From the NCBI RefSeq assembly GCF_009914755.1, contig NC_060946.1: a stretch of 64,000 bases of DNA; one strand, given 5' to 3'. This DNA is from the human T2T-CHM13v2.0 reference genome, Homo sapiens. A program made the position numbers and the translations under genes. This document shows positions 63,753 to 64,000 of the stretch, piece after piece. Within the stretch, counting starts at the first letter, position 1. Each line of letters opens with the position of its first letter. Below the pieces are notes generated by a model. It saw nothing but the letters and a program-made list of their open reading frames with translations. It was not told where the DNA came from and did not search any database.

Positions 63753-64000
63753 ACTGCAATCTCAGCACTTTGGGAGGCCAAGGCTGGCGGCTGGGAGGTG
63801 GAGGTTGTAGCGAGCTGAGATCACGCCACTGCACTCCAGCCTGGGCAACATTGAGCACTGAGTGAACGAGACTCCATCTGCAATCCCGGCACCTTGGGAG
63901 GCTGAGGCTGGCAGATCACTCGCGGTTAGGAGCTGGAGACCAGCCCAGGCAACACAGTGAAACCCTGTCTCCACCAAAAAAACACGAAAATCAGTCAGGC
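63753..64000 (-). mobile_element. SVA Alu-like domain (partial)
   Basis: ctgcaatctcagcactttgggaggccaagg...gagatcacgccactgcactccagcctgggcaacattgagcactgagtgaacgagactcc...ggagaccagccc...ccaccaaaaaaacacgaaaatcagtcaggc. Confidence 0.92.

Larger units (their letters stand above)
62501..64000 (-). mobile_element. SVA retrotransposon (older subfamily, SVA_B/C-like); 5' end lies beyond the window
   Basis: On + strand: poly(T), SINE-R (attgatcattcttg...gagggggatttggc...), GC-rich VNTR, Alu-like region. Diagnostics aacagCatcccaagg, aaaatgGAgtctcc, gcaacAatcTgatttctcT, gggcaAcattgagc, ggcAgatcactc differ from SVA_D-F as I recall them. Confidence 0.96.

Noticed and set aside
63800-63850. SVA Alu-like segment as the source of the HSat3 cassettes
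   Set aside because: It shares gagctgagat...ccactgcactccagcctggg but then continues caacattgagcac, whereas the cassettes continue tgacagagtgaga like a true Alu 3' end.
62262-63977. ORFs of 67-274 aa over the L1 fragment and SVA
   Set aside because: Stop-poor GC-rich VNTR and Alu-like translations; SVA is non-coding and the L1 piece is 3' UTR only.

Overview
Hominid (human-like) pericentromeric heterochromatin with no credible protein-coding gene. 1-~58,789 is one uninterrupted, single-orientation, diverged satellite III (HSat3)-type array of GGAAT/GGAGT pentamers. By my manual count it is punctuated by ~69 copies of the same ~65-bp Alu 3'-end fragment, each with an identical 5' junction, so the real repeat unit is a composite of [Alu 3' end + pentamer tract]. 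The cassettes fall into two sequence types. A derived, sparse type (A) occupies 1-46 kb and an island at ~49-50.7 kb. A more Alu-like, dense type (B) occupies 46.1-58.7 kb, next to the array end. Nested duplications of 40 bp to ~4.5 kb are visible. At ~58,784-58,789 the array joins, through a TTGGAG microhomology, ~21 A-type alpha-satellite monomers with no CENP-B box; their distal half alternates as a ~340-bp dimer. Next come the 3' end of an old L1MA2/3-like LINE (minus strand) and an older-subfamily SVA (minus strand, B/C-like, heavily CpG-decayed) that runs off the window. All supplied ORFs are repeat artefacts. Counts and coordinates were read by eye and are approximate (about +/-10 bp).
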